Assembly (NCBI GenBank): GCA_963796635.1
Contig: CAWCMH010000001.1
Span: 198,296 to 262,295 of the forward strand
Origin: an uncultured Gemmatimonadales bacterium
GTDB taxonomy: Bacteria; Gemmatimonadota; Gemmatimonadetes; Gemmatimonadales; GWC2-71-9
DNA length: 64,000 nucleotides
Direction: 5' to 3'
Below are positions 34,273 to 43,936 of the stretch, piece by piece. A program made the position numbers and the translations under genes. Each line of letters begins with the position of its first letter. Positions within the stretch are counted from its first letter, which is position 1. The notes beneath the pieces were generated by a model. The model was not told where the DNA came from and did not search any database. It saw only the letters and a program-made list of their open reading frames with translations.

Positions 34273-35817
34273 ATGCTTCGTGAACAGATGTCGCTCGGGT
34301 TGATGGGGAGCCTGCTTTTCGTGAACGCCCTGTTCGCGCAGGGCCAGCCGCAGCGGCTCACACCGGCCGCAGTCGTGCTGACCATCGACGTTGGACCGGC
34401 CGCACCGGCTCTCCATGTCACCCTGGCTCGAATGATGGGCATCTTTCGTGAGCCAGGACTTAGCGTCGCCGTGATCGAGCACGGCCAGCTGGCCTGGGCC
34501 AGCGGCTTCGGCGTCACCCAGGCCGGGGGCCACATCCCGGTCACGCCGCGCACGCTCTTTCAAGCCGCGTCAATCAGCAAACCAGTCACCGCCGCTGGTG
34601 CACTCTGGCTGGTTCAACAGGGCAAGCTCGCCCTCGACACCGACGTGAACCGTGAGCTCACCAGCTGGCGCGTGCCCGACAATGTTCTCACGTCCAACCA
34701 GAAAGTCACGCTTCGCCGCCTGCTGAGCCACAATGCCGGCATCAATGTGCCCGGCTTCGACGGCTACACTCATCGCCAGCCATTGCCGACGACGGAAGAG
34801 ACGCTCGACGGGCTGCCGCCTGCAAACAATCCACCGGTGCGTGTCACCACCCAGCCGGGGACCGCGTGCATCTATTCCGGGGGTGGATTCACCATCATCG
34901 GTCTCATGATCAAGGATGTCTCGGGCCAATCGTTCGAGGACTTCATGCGCGAGCGTGTTCTCCTGCCGGCGGGCATGGCAGAAAGCACCTTTCAACAGGA
35001 TCTGCCACCGGCGCTCGCCGCGCGTGCGGCGACGGGCACGGACGGCGACGGTAAGTCGCTTCCGGGGAATTGGCGGCTCTTTCCCGAGCTTGCGCCGGAC
35101 GGATTGTGGACGACGCCGAGCGATCTCGCGAGGTTCGCGCTCGAAATCGCCCGCTCTGCCCGGGACAGCGCGAATCACATCCTCTCCCGAGCGACGGTGC
35201 GGGAGATGCTCACCGTACAATGCCGAGATGATCCGAGCGGCGGCACAGGCTTCGGCTTTGCCCTGGGCTACCAGAATCATCCACACATCTTTTTTCACAA
35301 CGGAAGCAACGCCGGATTCCAGGCCGTATTGATGATGAACCCTGACGCGGGATGGGGCTATGTCGCAATGGGCAACTCGGACCACTTCGAGGCAGTCGAT
35401 CGCGCCGTCCTCCAAACCCTGTCCATCCGGAACGGCTGGGGGGTCGAGTCGCATTCGCGCGACCTCGGCGAGAACCTTGCAATCGTACGTGCTCTTCGGA
35501 ATACTCGCGCGGCGATGGCCTACTATCGGTGGGCCCAATCAACGGGATTTGTCGGCCTGCGTCACGACGTCAATACGCTGAACGATTTCGGGTACAGCCT
35601 CCTTGCCTCGAAGCAGCTGGCGGACGCGATCCGGGTGCTGCAATGGAATGCTGCCGCCTATCCGCAGGATGCGAATACCTACGACAGCCTGGGCGAGGCA
35701 TACATGGACGCCGGCGAGCGCGCCCTGGCCATCAGGAATTACGAAAAGTCCCTCGAACTCAACCCGAAGAACGACAACGCGGTGTCGCGATTGCAGCAGC
35801 TGCGCGGTCACGGATAG
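34273..35817 (+). CDS. Serine hydrolase (beta-lactamase/PBP family) with C-terminal TPR repeats
   Basis: Internal ATG at 34273 with signal peptide. SxxK motif ASISKPVTAAG. The C-terminal TPR-like segment is YDSLGEAYMDAGERALAIRNYEKSLELNPKNDNA. Confidence 0.8.
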   Translation: MLREQMSLGLMGSLLFVNALFAQGQPQRLTPAAVVLTIDVGPAAPALHVTLARMMGIFREPGLSVAVIEHGQLAWASGFGVTQAGGHIPVTPRTLFQAASISKPVTAAGALWLVQQGKLALDTDVNRELTSWRVPDNVLTSNQKVTLRRLLSHNAGINVPGFDGYTHRQPLPTTEETLDGLPPANNPPVRVTTQPGTACIYSGGGFTIIGLMIKDVSGQSFEDFMRERVLLPAGMAESTFQQDLPPALAARAATGTDGDGKSLPGNWRLFPELAPDGLWTTPSDLARFALEIARSARDSANHILSRATVREMLTVQCRDDPSGGTGFGFALGYQNHPHIFFHNGSNAGFQAVLMMNPDAGWGYVAMGNSDHFEAVDRAVLQTLSIRNGWGVESHSRDLGENLAIVRALRNTRAAMAYYRWAQSTGFVGLRHDVNTLNDFGYSLLASKQLADAIRVLQWNAAAYPQDANTYDSLGEAYMDAGERALAIRNYEKSLELNPKNDNAVSRLQQLRGHG

Positions 35818-35853
35818 CAGGTTTGTCGCTCAGGATGCGCAGTGTGCCGGCGC

Positions 35854-36006
35854 AATTTCGCCTCAGAGCTTCGTGGCGCTTCGCTGCGTGACTTGTGCGA
35901 TCTTCGCGGATGGAAGGACCCGACAACTGTGGTGAAGTGCTATCAGCGTCCGAGCGAAGATGCGATGCGCGCCGCCCAGGCAAATCGGAAGGCGTTGCAA
36001 GCATAG
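35854..36006 (+). pseudogene. 3'-terminal remnant of a tyrosine recombinase (integrase) gene
   Basis: No start codon. The translation NFASELRGASLRDLCDLRGWKDPTTVVKCYQRPSEDAMRAAQANRKALQA* resembles the last ~50 aa of phage-type integrases (..FAS..G.sl.dl..lLGw.d..t...Y). It lies 150 nt from the 3' end of the tRNA. Confidence 0.5.
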
Positions 36007-36057
36007 AAGGCTCCGCGCATCGTTGTGCTCGGGGGTTCGCGGTACCGGATAGCCGCG

Positions 36058-36081
36058 CAATTGGACACCCAATTGGACACC
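36058..36081. repeat. Perfect tandem duplication of CAATTGGACACC (2 x 12 bp)
   Basis: Read directly from the sequence. Located between the integrase remnant and the tRNA-Arg 3' end. The TTGGACAC motif also occurs twice at 5830-5858. Confidence 0.9.
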
Positions 36082-36155
36082 CCAGCGAAAAAATCACCAC
36101 AAAAAAGAATCCCACCTGCATTGCAATCGCAGATGGGACAACCACTTGGAGCTAG

Positions 36156-36229
36156 TGGGCCCGACAGGAGTCGAACCTGCGACCTCTTGCGCCGGAGGCA
36201 AGCGCTCTATCCAGCTGAGCTACGGACCC
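36156..36229 (-). tRNA. tRNA-Arg (anticodon CCG)
   Basis: Manual cloverleaf: acceptor GGGTCCG/CGGGCCC, D arm GCTC-AGCTGGATA-GAGC, anticodon arm CTTGC-CTCCGGC-GCAAG (U33, CCG at 34-36), T arm GCAGG-TTCGACT-CCTGT, discriminator A. 74 nt, no encoded CCA. Confidence 0.9.
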
Positions 36230-36764
36230 GTGCTGCGGCGGGAACTTTACCGGATCGCGCGCGGCGGAGCAACCCGCCGCCGCTCCGGCGTCCCACCCCC
36301 GAAACACTGAAACCCGCGCCGCCCCGCTGCGTACCGCTTTCCATTCCTCTCCCGAGACGCCGATGCTCGACGCGCTGACGCAGGACGCGCGCTTGGCCGC
36401 CCCACCGCACAGGGTGACAATCTCCCCACTGTCGTCCCGAGCGCAGTCGCCGCAGTCGAGGGATCTCGGAGATACGCGTTGATGCCGGCGTCGCTGAAGC
36501 GACGGCTCGGCACTGCGAAGGCGCTTCCGCGCCTGCGCGTTCGGACAGCGATCCCTGACTGATCTCGGGGTGGCAGCAGGACGGCCAGGCGCGACCGCGG
36601 CTCGGCTGCCCACGCCGTCATCGGAGACGGCTACCGTGGGCGGACCAGCGCTGCGGTGCGGAGCAGTTTCTCGTCACTCGCCCGCCACAGTGTGTCGGTT
36701 TCAGGCTACACCATTTCGGCGCACGTAGTCATCCCCGTCAAGGACACAGTGCGAAGCTAGACGT

Positions 36765-37600
36765 TCACGCCGCGATGGGCCTCGGCAAATAGGTGCGGGG
36801 CGGCGCGCCACCGAGGCTGCTGTGCGGCCGCTCCGTGTTGTACATCTCCCGCCACTGCTCCGTCACCTGGCGCACCTCGGCCAGCGAGGTGAAGACCCAA
36901 GCGTCCAACACTTCGGTGCGATACGTCCGGTTGAAGCGTTCGATGAAGGCGTTCTGATTCGGCTTCCCGGGCTGGATGTGGATCAACTCGACCCCGTGCG
37001 CGTCGCACCACGCGGCGAGCGCCGCCGCGATGAATTCCGGTCCATTGTCGCAGCGCAGGCGGTCGGGCGTGCCATGGATCGCCACCAGCTGGTCCAACAG
37101 TGCCACGACCCGGACACTCGGCAGCGACATATCGATCTCGTTCGCGAGCGCTTCGCGGTTGCCTTCATCGAGCACATTCAGGATGCGGTACTGCCGGCCG
37201 TCGTACAGGGTGTTCCCCATGAAATCGAGCGCCCACGTCCGGTTCAGGACCGCCGGGGCCTCCAGCGCCAGGCGCGGCCGCGTCAGCATGCGCTTCTTGC
37301 CGCGGCGCTTCAGATTCAGCCGCAGCGCACAGTACACCCGGTACACCCGCTTCGCGTTCCACGCGTGCCCCATCGCGCGCAACCGCTCGTAGCAGAGCCC
37401 GAAGCCCCACCGACTGTTCCGATCAACGAGCGCCAGGAGTGCCGTGACCACCGGCTGATCCCTGGCCGATCGATCGGCGGCGGGGCGATACCACGCTGTC
37501 CGCGAGAGTCCGGTGAGCTGGCAGGCCCGCACGATCGACCGCGCGTGCTCCTGCACCCGCATCGCCACGACGGCCCGACGCGCGGACAGCGCTACAGTTT
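36765..37600 (-). CDS. IS3-family transposase OrfB (rve/DDE), expressed via -1 frameshift from orfA
   Basis: DDE core WALDFMG...NVLDEGNRE...LRCDNGPEF...QPGKPNQNAFIERFNRTYRTE. It is in the -1 frame relative to orfA. An A4 run (complement of TTTT at 37598-37601) lies at the overlap. Confidence 0.8.
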
Positions 37601-37858
37601 TCGGCTGAGCACGTCCTTGATCGCCGCGTTCTCGAGCGCCAGCTCGGCGTACATCCGTTTGAGCTTGGCGTTCTCCTGCTCCAACTCCTTCAGCCGCCGC
37701 AGCTCCGGCACCGACGTGCCCCCGTATTTCGCCTTCCAGTTGAAATAGGTCGGGCGGCTGATGCCGTGCTTGCGGAGAATCTCCGCCACGGGCACTCCCG
37801 CCGCGCCTTCCTGCAGCACTGCCACGATCTGGGACTCGCTGAACTTCGACTTCCGCAT
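37592..37858 (-). CDS. IS3-family transposase OrfA (HTH + leucine zipper)
   Basis: MRKSKFSESQIVAVLQEGAAGVPVAEILRKHGISRPTYFNWKAKYGG...ELRRLKELEQENAKLKRMYAEL. Confidence 0.85.
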   Translation of the reverse strand: MRKSKFSESQIVAVLQEGAAGVPVAEILRKHGISRPTYFNWKAKYGGTSVPELRRLKELEQENAKLKRMYAELALENAAIKDVLSRKL

Positions 37859-38399
37859 TGCTCCTCCTGAGCAACGAAAAGTCTAACCTACGGTGTGTCC
37901 TGCGAGGGGAAGACTACGGAGCTATCACGGTTGATCTTCGTTCCCGCACCTATCAGTATCAGCCAGTGAAGAACTCGCGGGCGCGGAGGACCCCGTCACG
38001 TGCCAAGCGGCGTAGGTAGTGGGTTCGCCTGCGCGTTCGATACGAAGGCAATACGAACGGCCTAAGAATGGTCCCGCTGTAGGTATTGTGCGACACGCAG
38101 CACGAAACCATGTCGCACAACCGAAACCAGCGCTGTGGTTGGCGAAAACGGTTGCGAAGCGCACGCGCCGAAAACGGCTCAGTGCAGAGGTTTGCTAGGC
38201 CACTAGGAAAGACCATAGGAGTCGGGGATGGGACTTTCCCCAGTTCCTCGCGGGCATCGCGTACGGTAAGTTGCAAGTCGTTCTGATTAGCCAATGCGTG
38301 CTCAATGACCCATTTCGCGATCACTCCGTGCGGTGCGACGCACAAACCGTTTCTGCGAAGCTGACGTGCATCTGCTTTGGGCGAAGGAGGGGGGACGCA

Positions 38400-39668
38400 A
38401 TGTGGCTCAGGGTGCTCGACACCGACTGTCGGGGCACAATTGTCCGGCGATGCGCCCGGGCCTTTGTCGTGGGTCTCTTCTGTTGCTCGTCAATTGGCGC
38501 GCAAGAGTTCAGTAAAGTTGTACCTGTCTCACGGGAACGAGTGATTCGCGGCGGTGACAATCACGTGTCCGGCGTCTCTGCTCTGTCGGTGGGAGCAAAC
38601 GGCTTGCTTGCTGTTTTTCAACCGCTTACTCGATCAGTGAAGTTCTTTGACACAACGGGTCACCTCCGTCGCGAAATTGGCGGCAGGGTCCCGATTGGCT
38701 TGGCGTCGCTCGGTCGCCATGGTTGGATCGCCGACACAATGTGGCTGACGGACCTGGAAGGGCGCAGGGTGGTATTCGCGGCCACGTCTGACCCACGAAT
38801 CATTCGTTCTGTTGTGTGGTATCAGCGGGCGAATACCTCGCCGCATCTTGCTCTGCCCGGGCCATTGTCATTCTATGACTCGCCTGTCGCGTTGTATTTA
38901 AACGGAGATGCACTTGTGAGTCGAAGGCGGGTAAGCACGTCGGGGGTCCGCGCCGCGGGGCCGGTTGTTGTTCCACCGCGCGAAACTCTTATCCGTGTCG
39001 GCCCAAAGGTTGGGGTCGATCGCGTGATTGCTGCGTTGGCCGATGATGCGGGACATTGTGAATGGACACCGTCCGGCCCTGATCGCGGTACGTTCGGTAT
39101 ACCCTTCTGCGCTCAAGCGCTCCATACAGTATCCAGCGATGGCGCGGTTGTATCGGAAGTGATTCAGTCAAATAGTCGTGGACCATCGGGGTCTTTTCGC
39201 GTAGTCACCATTGCTTCCTCGGGCGACACACTATGGTCGCACTTGTATCGATATGTTGCAATGGCGATCCCGGCCAGAGTGCGAGACAGTCTAGAAACGG
39301 CGCTTGTCGCTCGCGCGGCGAACACGCGAAGTGTCACGCACTCATATTCGTCGACCCCCGATGCCGTGGGTATACCGCACTTTTATCCACCTGTGAGGCG
39401 TCTCCTGGCTGGTGACGACGAATTCGTGTGGGTCGAACTGTGGACCGCGGCACCTGTACATCGTTGGTTGAGACTCGAACCACACGGTCGAAATGTTGGC
39501 ATTGTGGAATTGCCGCTTGACGTGCGGCTCGAAGCCGCGGTGAAGAGATATATTTGGGGTGTGCAGCCAGATCCTATGGACCGCAAGCAGGATGTCGTTC
39601 GCTATCGTTTAGGAATCCACACTGATCCGCCAGCGCGCTCGGATCAGCGGTCGGATCGCGCGCACTAA
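38400..39668 (+). CDS. Secreted beta-propeller-like protein (paralogue of 25457..26605)
   Basis: GAAGGAGGGGGG RBS upstream of the ATG at 38400. Hydrophobic N-terminus. The C-terminal block is homologous to 25457..26605. Lower-GC codon usage. Confidence 0.6.
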   Translation: MWLRVLDTDCRGTIVRRCARAFVVGLFCCSSIGAQEFSKVVPVSRERVIRGGDNHVSGVSALSVGANGLLAVFQPLTRSVKFFDTTGHLRREIGGRVPIGLASLGRHGWIADTMWLTDLEGRRVVFAATSDPRIIRSVVWYQRANTSPHLALPGPLSFYDSPVALYLNGDALVSRRRVSTSGVRAAGPVVVPPRETLIRVGPKVGVDRVIAALADDAGHCEWTPSGPDRGTFGIPFCAQALHTVSSDGAVVSEVIQSNSRGPSGSFRVVTIASSGDTLWSHLYRYVAMAIPARVRDSLETALVARAANTRSVTHSYSSTPDAVGIPHFYPPVRRLLAGDDEFVWVELWTAAPVHRWLRLEPHGRNVGIVELPLDVRLEAAVKRYIWGVQPDPMDRKQDVVRYRLGIHTDPPARSDQRSDRAH

Positions 39669-39687
39669 CCCGCTTCAAGGAGTTATT

Positions 39688-40152
39688 ATGACGTTCCGAA
39701 TACTCGCGGTTATGGCCGTGGTCGCCCTCCGAGCGCCAAGTGTGCGGCATGGCGCAGAACAGACCCCCACGACGAAGGCGACCGAGGCCCTTTCGTGCGT
39801 GGACGCCAGTGAAGACGAAATGATGCTCACCGGGACATTTGAGGGCGTGTTCTATAATATTAGTGGATACGGACAAACGTTCGACTTCAGTTGCGGCAGT
39901 GCGTATCGGTCTGAGTCGTGCTCGGTGGACGGCTCCGCAAGTCAGTATGTGGCGCCCGACGATTACGCGTACCGCACCGTGACCTGGACCGTAAACACCA
40001 GCTATGACAACGGCTGGACCGAGTACGAGGCGGGAATTTATCACATGAATGTTTACACTTATGCCGCCGACCGACCTGAGATCACGACAAGCTCAACGAC
40101 GTATGGTCCCCGGAATGAGGATGGCTCATACCCGTGTGGTACTGACTATTGA
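39688..40152 (+). CDS. Small secreted hypothetical protein
   Basis: Signal peptide MTFRILAVMAVVALRAPSV. Cys-containing, Tyr/Thr-rich. Lower GC. Confidence 0.5.
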   Translation: MTFRILAVMAVVALRAPSVRHGAEQTPTTKATEALSCVDASEDEMMLTGTFEGVFYNISGYGQTFDFSCGSAYRSESCSVDGSASQYVAPDDYAYRTVTWTVNTSYDNGWTEYEAGIYHMNVYTYAADRPEITTSSTTYGPRNEDGSYPCGTDY

Positions 40153-40220
40153 TTCCCCCTGACCGCAAGCGTTGAGGATTCGGGGGCTACCCGTTAGATG
40201 TTGGCGTCCAGAAGACTGGA

Positions 40221-41372
40221 GTGTGTTTCTTGAGTTGCGCGCAACAGCGATCGGCGATCGTTCTTGCGGCAACCTTGGTTGCCGCTTGCACCCATAGCGA
40301 CAGCTTCACGTACAGTGCGCCGGTGGTCGGACCGCGCTCCACCGGCGCGAGCGTCCAGCTCACCTTCAATGCCGATCAGGACTACTGGCCCTCGTGGACT
40401 CAGGACGGCAAGGGGATTCTCTACGCCTTTGTGCAGCCTGGCCCGTCGGTGATCCACCGGTGTCTCGGTCTCCTTCCCGCGTCGGGTGGCACGCGAGTCT
40501 GGGAGTTGTGCGACAACCGGGCTATTCGGTCCGATAGCGTGAGCAGCTACACCGGATACGCCCTCGACAGTACCGGCCATCTGCTGATCGCCGAAGCAGT
40601 CAGTTCCCGGTCGTTCAACTTCTCGCTTCACCCGCAGCTCTTTCTGACGGACACGGCGACGCCCTACGTTCGGTCCACTCTGTTGACACTGCCAGTGACT
40701 GAAGGGGATGTCGTGGTCAGCTGGTTGAGTGATATCGCCTGGACCGCTCCCAATAGTTTTGTTGCATTGGGTCAGCAGTTCGGCAGTGGCTCTCACTGCG
40801 AGCATTGTGGCTGCAGCCCATGCCCGACCGATTCCAACTATTACGGAAACGGCGTTGTCCTTGCAGGAATCATCGTCAACGGCCACGCGACCGTTCGGCC
40901 GGTGGCGGGGACCGACGGTGCCACGGGCTACGCACTCTCCGATGATCGCTTGTCCGTCGTCTTCACGCGTCTGAACGATGTGCGCTTGTTTCAGGTGCCG
41001 CTGGCCGGCGGCAATCCCATTACCCTCGCCACGGTCGTGCCCGATGCAGGGCGGGAGCTAATGGGAGTAGCCTGTCGGCACGGGACATGTCTAGTCGCAT
41101 ATACAAGGGTCAGCTTCGGCGGCGGCTTTACTCTACTTGAAGACAGCGCCTCGACCTTAGCTCGCGTCTCGCTCACCACTGGCGTTGTACAAGACATTGA
41201 ACCCTTCATTGGAATTGTCGCCACGCCGCAGGTGTCCGCAATATCTGGAGATGTTGTTGTGGAGGCGGGACCGGTGACGGCCGGGATGAACATCGCTCCT
41301 GTGCTCGGTCACTTGGCGACGTATGCCGGCGGAAACTCTGACTTATACCTCTATAAAACGGCGATCCCGTGA
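40221..41372 (+). CDS. TolB/PD40-like beta-propeller lipoprotein
   Basis: Lipobox LVAAC. PD40-like motif DYWPSWTQDGKGILYAF. The start is uncertain: GTG 40221, or TTG 40230 with GGAG upstream. Confidence 0.55.
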   Translation: MCFLSCAQQRSAIVLAATLVAACTHSDSFTYSAPVVGPRSTGASVQLTFNADQDYWPSWTQDGKGILYAFVQPGPSVIHRCLGLLPASGGTRVWELCDNRAIRSDSVSSYTGYALDSTGHLLIAEAVSSRSFNFSLHPQLFLTDTATPYVRSTLLTLPVTEGDVVVSWLSDIAWTAPNSFVALGQQFGSGSHCEHCGCSPCPTDSNYYGNGVVLAGIIVNGHATVRPVAGTDGATGYALSDDRLSVVFTRLNDVRLFQVPLAGGNPITLATVVPDAGRELMGVACRHGTCLVAYTRVSFGGGFTLLEDSASTLARVSLTTGVVQDIEPFIGIVATPQVSAISGDVVVEAGPVTAGMNIAPVLGHLATYAGGNSDLYLYKTAIP

Positions 41373-41579
41373 GTGTTGCTTTGCCAGTGGCCGTCGGTGA
41401 CGTCTCCCCCGAAAACTTGGGCAGTTCAGAAGTAGAGTAAACTAGGCTTCGGTGGTCCCTGCGACACGAAAGGGAGGGACCGATGAAACGCTCGAAATTT
41501 TCCGAGGATCAGATCGCCTACGCGCTGCGCCAAGCCGAGGGCGGCACGCCGGCCGCCGACGTCTGTCGGCAGCTCGGCA

Positions 41580-42701
41580 TCAGCGAGGCGACGTTTTACC
41601 TCTGAACGCTTCTATGTCAATCCCCGATCGTCCCGCTGCTTGTAGCATGGTCGTGATCGCATCACGCTGGAGCGCACGAAAGACGACGTTGGCCAGCTGA
41701 CGCTTGAGCGCTCGGAGGGCCTCCTTTGAGGATTTGCCTTCGCGGGTCTTTTTTGCCAGGTACGCTTGTGCCGGAGCGAAGCCCCGACGCTGAACCACGG
41801 CGACAACGTGCAGGACGTGGTTGAGTTGCCGATTGCCGCGTCGGCTTAGACGGTGCCGGCGTCGGTCGCCGCTTGAGGCCTCGAGCGGCGCCACACCCGC
41901 ATACGCGGCGAAGCGGGCCGCCGTCGGAAAGCGGTCGATATGATGGATGATCCCGACGAGTTTGGCCGCGCACAGCGGACCGACGCCATGGATGCTCAGA
42001 AGCGCCGGCGCGAGTTGGTCGGCGAGTACGCGGAGTTCCTGATCCAGCGCACGGATCATTTCGTCGTACATGAGGACCATGGCCGCGAGCTGGCCGACAA
42101 TCATCGTGCGGGCCTGCGTGAGCGAGGTCGACGCGGATGGCTTGGCTGCGGCGAGTTCGCGGAGCCAGGGCCGGTTCCGCCGCGCCTGAAACGCATACCG
42201 GGGCGCAGCGGGATGGGTGTGCGTCACGTGCGCGTACAACTGATTGAGGGCCGCCGTTCGGGCGAGGATCAGATTGTCGCGGTGCTCTGAGAGCACGTGA
42301 CAACGGGCGGGGGCGCCGTCGACCGCGATCGCCGGCAAGCGGTCGCCGTCCCGCAAGGTGACCCGCGCGATCGCCAAGGCGTCGGTGACATCCGATTTCT
42401 CGGCCTCGCGTCCCCGGCTGCGTCGGCGCTCGGCGGCTGTGGCGCTACCCGGCACTTCGACGACGACGGCTCCATGACGAATCAGGTGCTGCGCGAGCGC
42501 TCGTCCGTAGTGCATGGCCCCTTCAATGCCCCAGCGCCTGACGCCGCCAGCCACATCGAGGGCACTCGCCCACTCCTGACATTGCTGCGCTCCGATCGGC
42601 GTTGCCTCCGTCACGCACGCGTCGACCCGTCGACCCGTTTCATCCACCGCGACCGCCACCCAGCCATACTTGTGGGCGTCTACACCAATGACTACCGGCA
42701 T
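41580..42701 (-). CDS. IS110-family transposase
   Basis: The N-terminus MPVVIGVDAHK is DEDD_Tnp_IS110-like. The C-terminal Transposase_20 pattern is LLSIHGVGPLCAAKLVGIIHHIDRFPTAARFAAYAGVAPLEASSG. The last few codons run across the junction into IS3 sequence. Confidence 0.85.
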   Translation of the reverse strand: MPVVIGVDAHKYGWVAVAVDETGRRVDACVTEATPIGAQQCQEWASALDVAGGVRRWGIEGAMHYGRALAQHLIRHGAVVVEVPGSATAAERRRSRGREAEKSDVTDALAIARVTLRDGDRLPAIAVDGAPARCHVLSEHRDNLILARTAALNQLYAHVTHTHPAAPRYAFQARRNRPWLRELAAAKPSASTSLTQARTMIVGQLAAMVLMYDEMIRALDQELRVLADQLAPALLSIHGVGPLCAAKLVGIIHHIDRFPTAARFAAYAGVAPLEASSGDRRRHRLSRRGNRQLNHVLHVVAVVQRRGFAPAQAYLAKKTREGKSSKEALRALKRQLANVVFRALQRDAITTMLQAAGRSGIDIEAFRGKTSPR

Positions 42702-42908
42702 CGCAACCTCGGCGAAGGAGTGAAGCGGCTGCTGCGACATTTCTGTGTGAGGTCCGCATTCCCGGCGGAGTGCGTCACGCTTCTATCAAGTCAGCAGGAA
42801 CCGCGTCTCGATGCCGTTGGCGGCACGTCCAAATGAAGTGACCGAGCACAGAAAAAGAGTGAGCCAGCCAACGGCACCGAGATACTAACGCTTCCCAGGG
42901 TAACTCAC
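41603..42908 (-). mobile_element. IS110-family insertion sequence nested in IS3 orfA (ends approximate)
   Basis: The insert is delimited by the break in orfA homology (after ..ATFY at 41599, before KKKY at 42911). It carries a DEDD-type IS110 transposase. Exact termini cannot be fixed by eye. Confidence 0.7.
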
Positions 42909-43038
42909 AGAAGAAGAAGTACGCCCATCTGGGCGTGAGTGAGCTGCGCCGCTTGCGCCAAGTCGAGGACGAAAACCGGCGACTGAAACAGCTGGTCGCC
43001 GATCTCACCCTCGACAAGCACATGCTCAGCGAGGCGCT

Positions 43039-43908
43039 GCGAAAAAAAGTCTGAAGCCGACCCGCCGCCGGGAGCTGGCTACGTGGTTCCGCGACACGTA
43101 CCAGGTCAGCACCGTGCGGGCGTGTCGGCTCGCCCAGCTGAGTCGGACGGCGTGGTACCGCCGTCCGCAGGCGGAGGATCAGGCGGTGCTGCGGGCGCGC
43201 ATTCGGGAGCTGGCGCACGCGCGGCCGCGGTTCGGGTTTCTGCGCATCTGGGTCCTCCTGCGACGCGAGGGGTGGCTCGTGAACAAGAAGCGGGTGCGCC
43301 GGCTGTACCGCCTGGAAGGCTTGCAGGTGCGGATGCGCGTGCGGCGGCGCAAACACATCGCCTTGCACCGCGGCCCGGCGCCGCTGCCGGTCGCGGCGGA
43401 CGAGCGGTGGAGCATGGATTTTGTGCACGATCAGTTGGCCGACGCGCGCCCGTTTCGCGTGCTCACGGTGGTCGATCAGTGGAGTCGCTCCAGTCCGATC
43501 CTGGAGCCGGCGTTTTCGATCCGCGGACTGGACGTGGCGGACGCGCTCGATCACGCGATCGAGGACGGTCCGTCGCCGCGGTCCATCACGGTGGATCATG
43601 GCACCGAATTCATGTCGCGCGCGCTCGAAGACTGGGCGTACCGTCGCGGCGTGCAGCTCGACTTCACGCGACCCGGCAAGCCCACCGATAACGGGCACAT
43701 CGAGTCGTTCAATGGCCGGTTGCGGAATGAATGTTTGAACGTGCAGCAGTTCGTGTCGCTGGCCGATGCCCGGGAGAAGATCGAAGCGTGGCGACGCGAT
43801 TACAATCAAGTGCGACCCCACAGCTCGCTCGGGCACCTGACCCCGCAGCGAATTCATCACCGAAACCGTCAGGGACAACGGACCGCTGAAACCGCGTTAC
43901 TCTCATGA
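43039..43908 (+). CDS. IS3-family transposase OrfB (rve/DDE), -1 frame relative to orfA
   Basis: WSMDFVHD...TVVDQWSR...ITVDHGTEF...[21 protein letters not shown]...[11 protein letters not shown]. The -1 frame from the A7 run joins ..LRKK to [14 protein letters not shown]... Confidence 0.8.
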   Translation, partial: AKKSLKPTRRRELATWFRDTYQVSTVRACRLAQLSRTAWYRRPQAEDQAVLRARIRELAHARPRFGFLRIWVLLRREGWLVNKKRVRRLYRLEGLQVRMRVRRRKHIALHRGPAPLPVAADERWSMDFVHDQLADARPFRVLTVVDQWSRSSPILEPAFSIRGLDVADALDHAIEDGPSPRSITVDHGTEFMSRALEDWAYRRGVQLDFTRPGKPTDNGHIESFNGRLRNECLNVQQFVSLADAREKIEAWRRDYNQVRPHSSLGHLTPQRIHHRNRQGQRTAETALLS

Positions 43909-43936
43909 TGGGCTGTATCCAAACGGGACCAACGTC

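Larger units (their letters stand above)
36724..37918 (-). mobile_element. IS3-family insertion sequence, type 1, copy 1 (1195 bp)
   Basis: Terminal IRs CGTAGTCATCCCCGTCAAGGACACAG / (reverse complement) CGTAGTCTTCCCCTCGCAGGACACAC. orfA/orfB organisation. A second copy lies at 55649..56843. Confidence 0.85.
41474..43054 (+). pseudogene. IS3-family orfA interrupted by an IS110-family insertion
   Basis: The 5' part is MKRSKFSEDQIAYALRQAEGGTPAADVCRQLGISEATFY (41474-41599). The 3' part is [47 protein letters not shown] (42911-43054). Confidence 0.8.

Noticed and set aside
37959-38345. 128-aa minus-strand ORF next to IS3 copy 1
   Set aside because: It has no recognisable domain, and the opposite strand is also open. 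It may be a fragment of a disrupted gene, but this cannot be supported.
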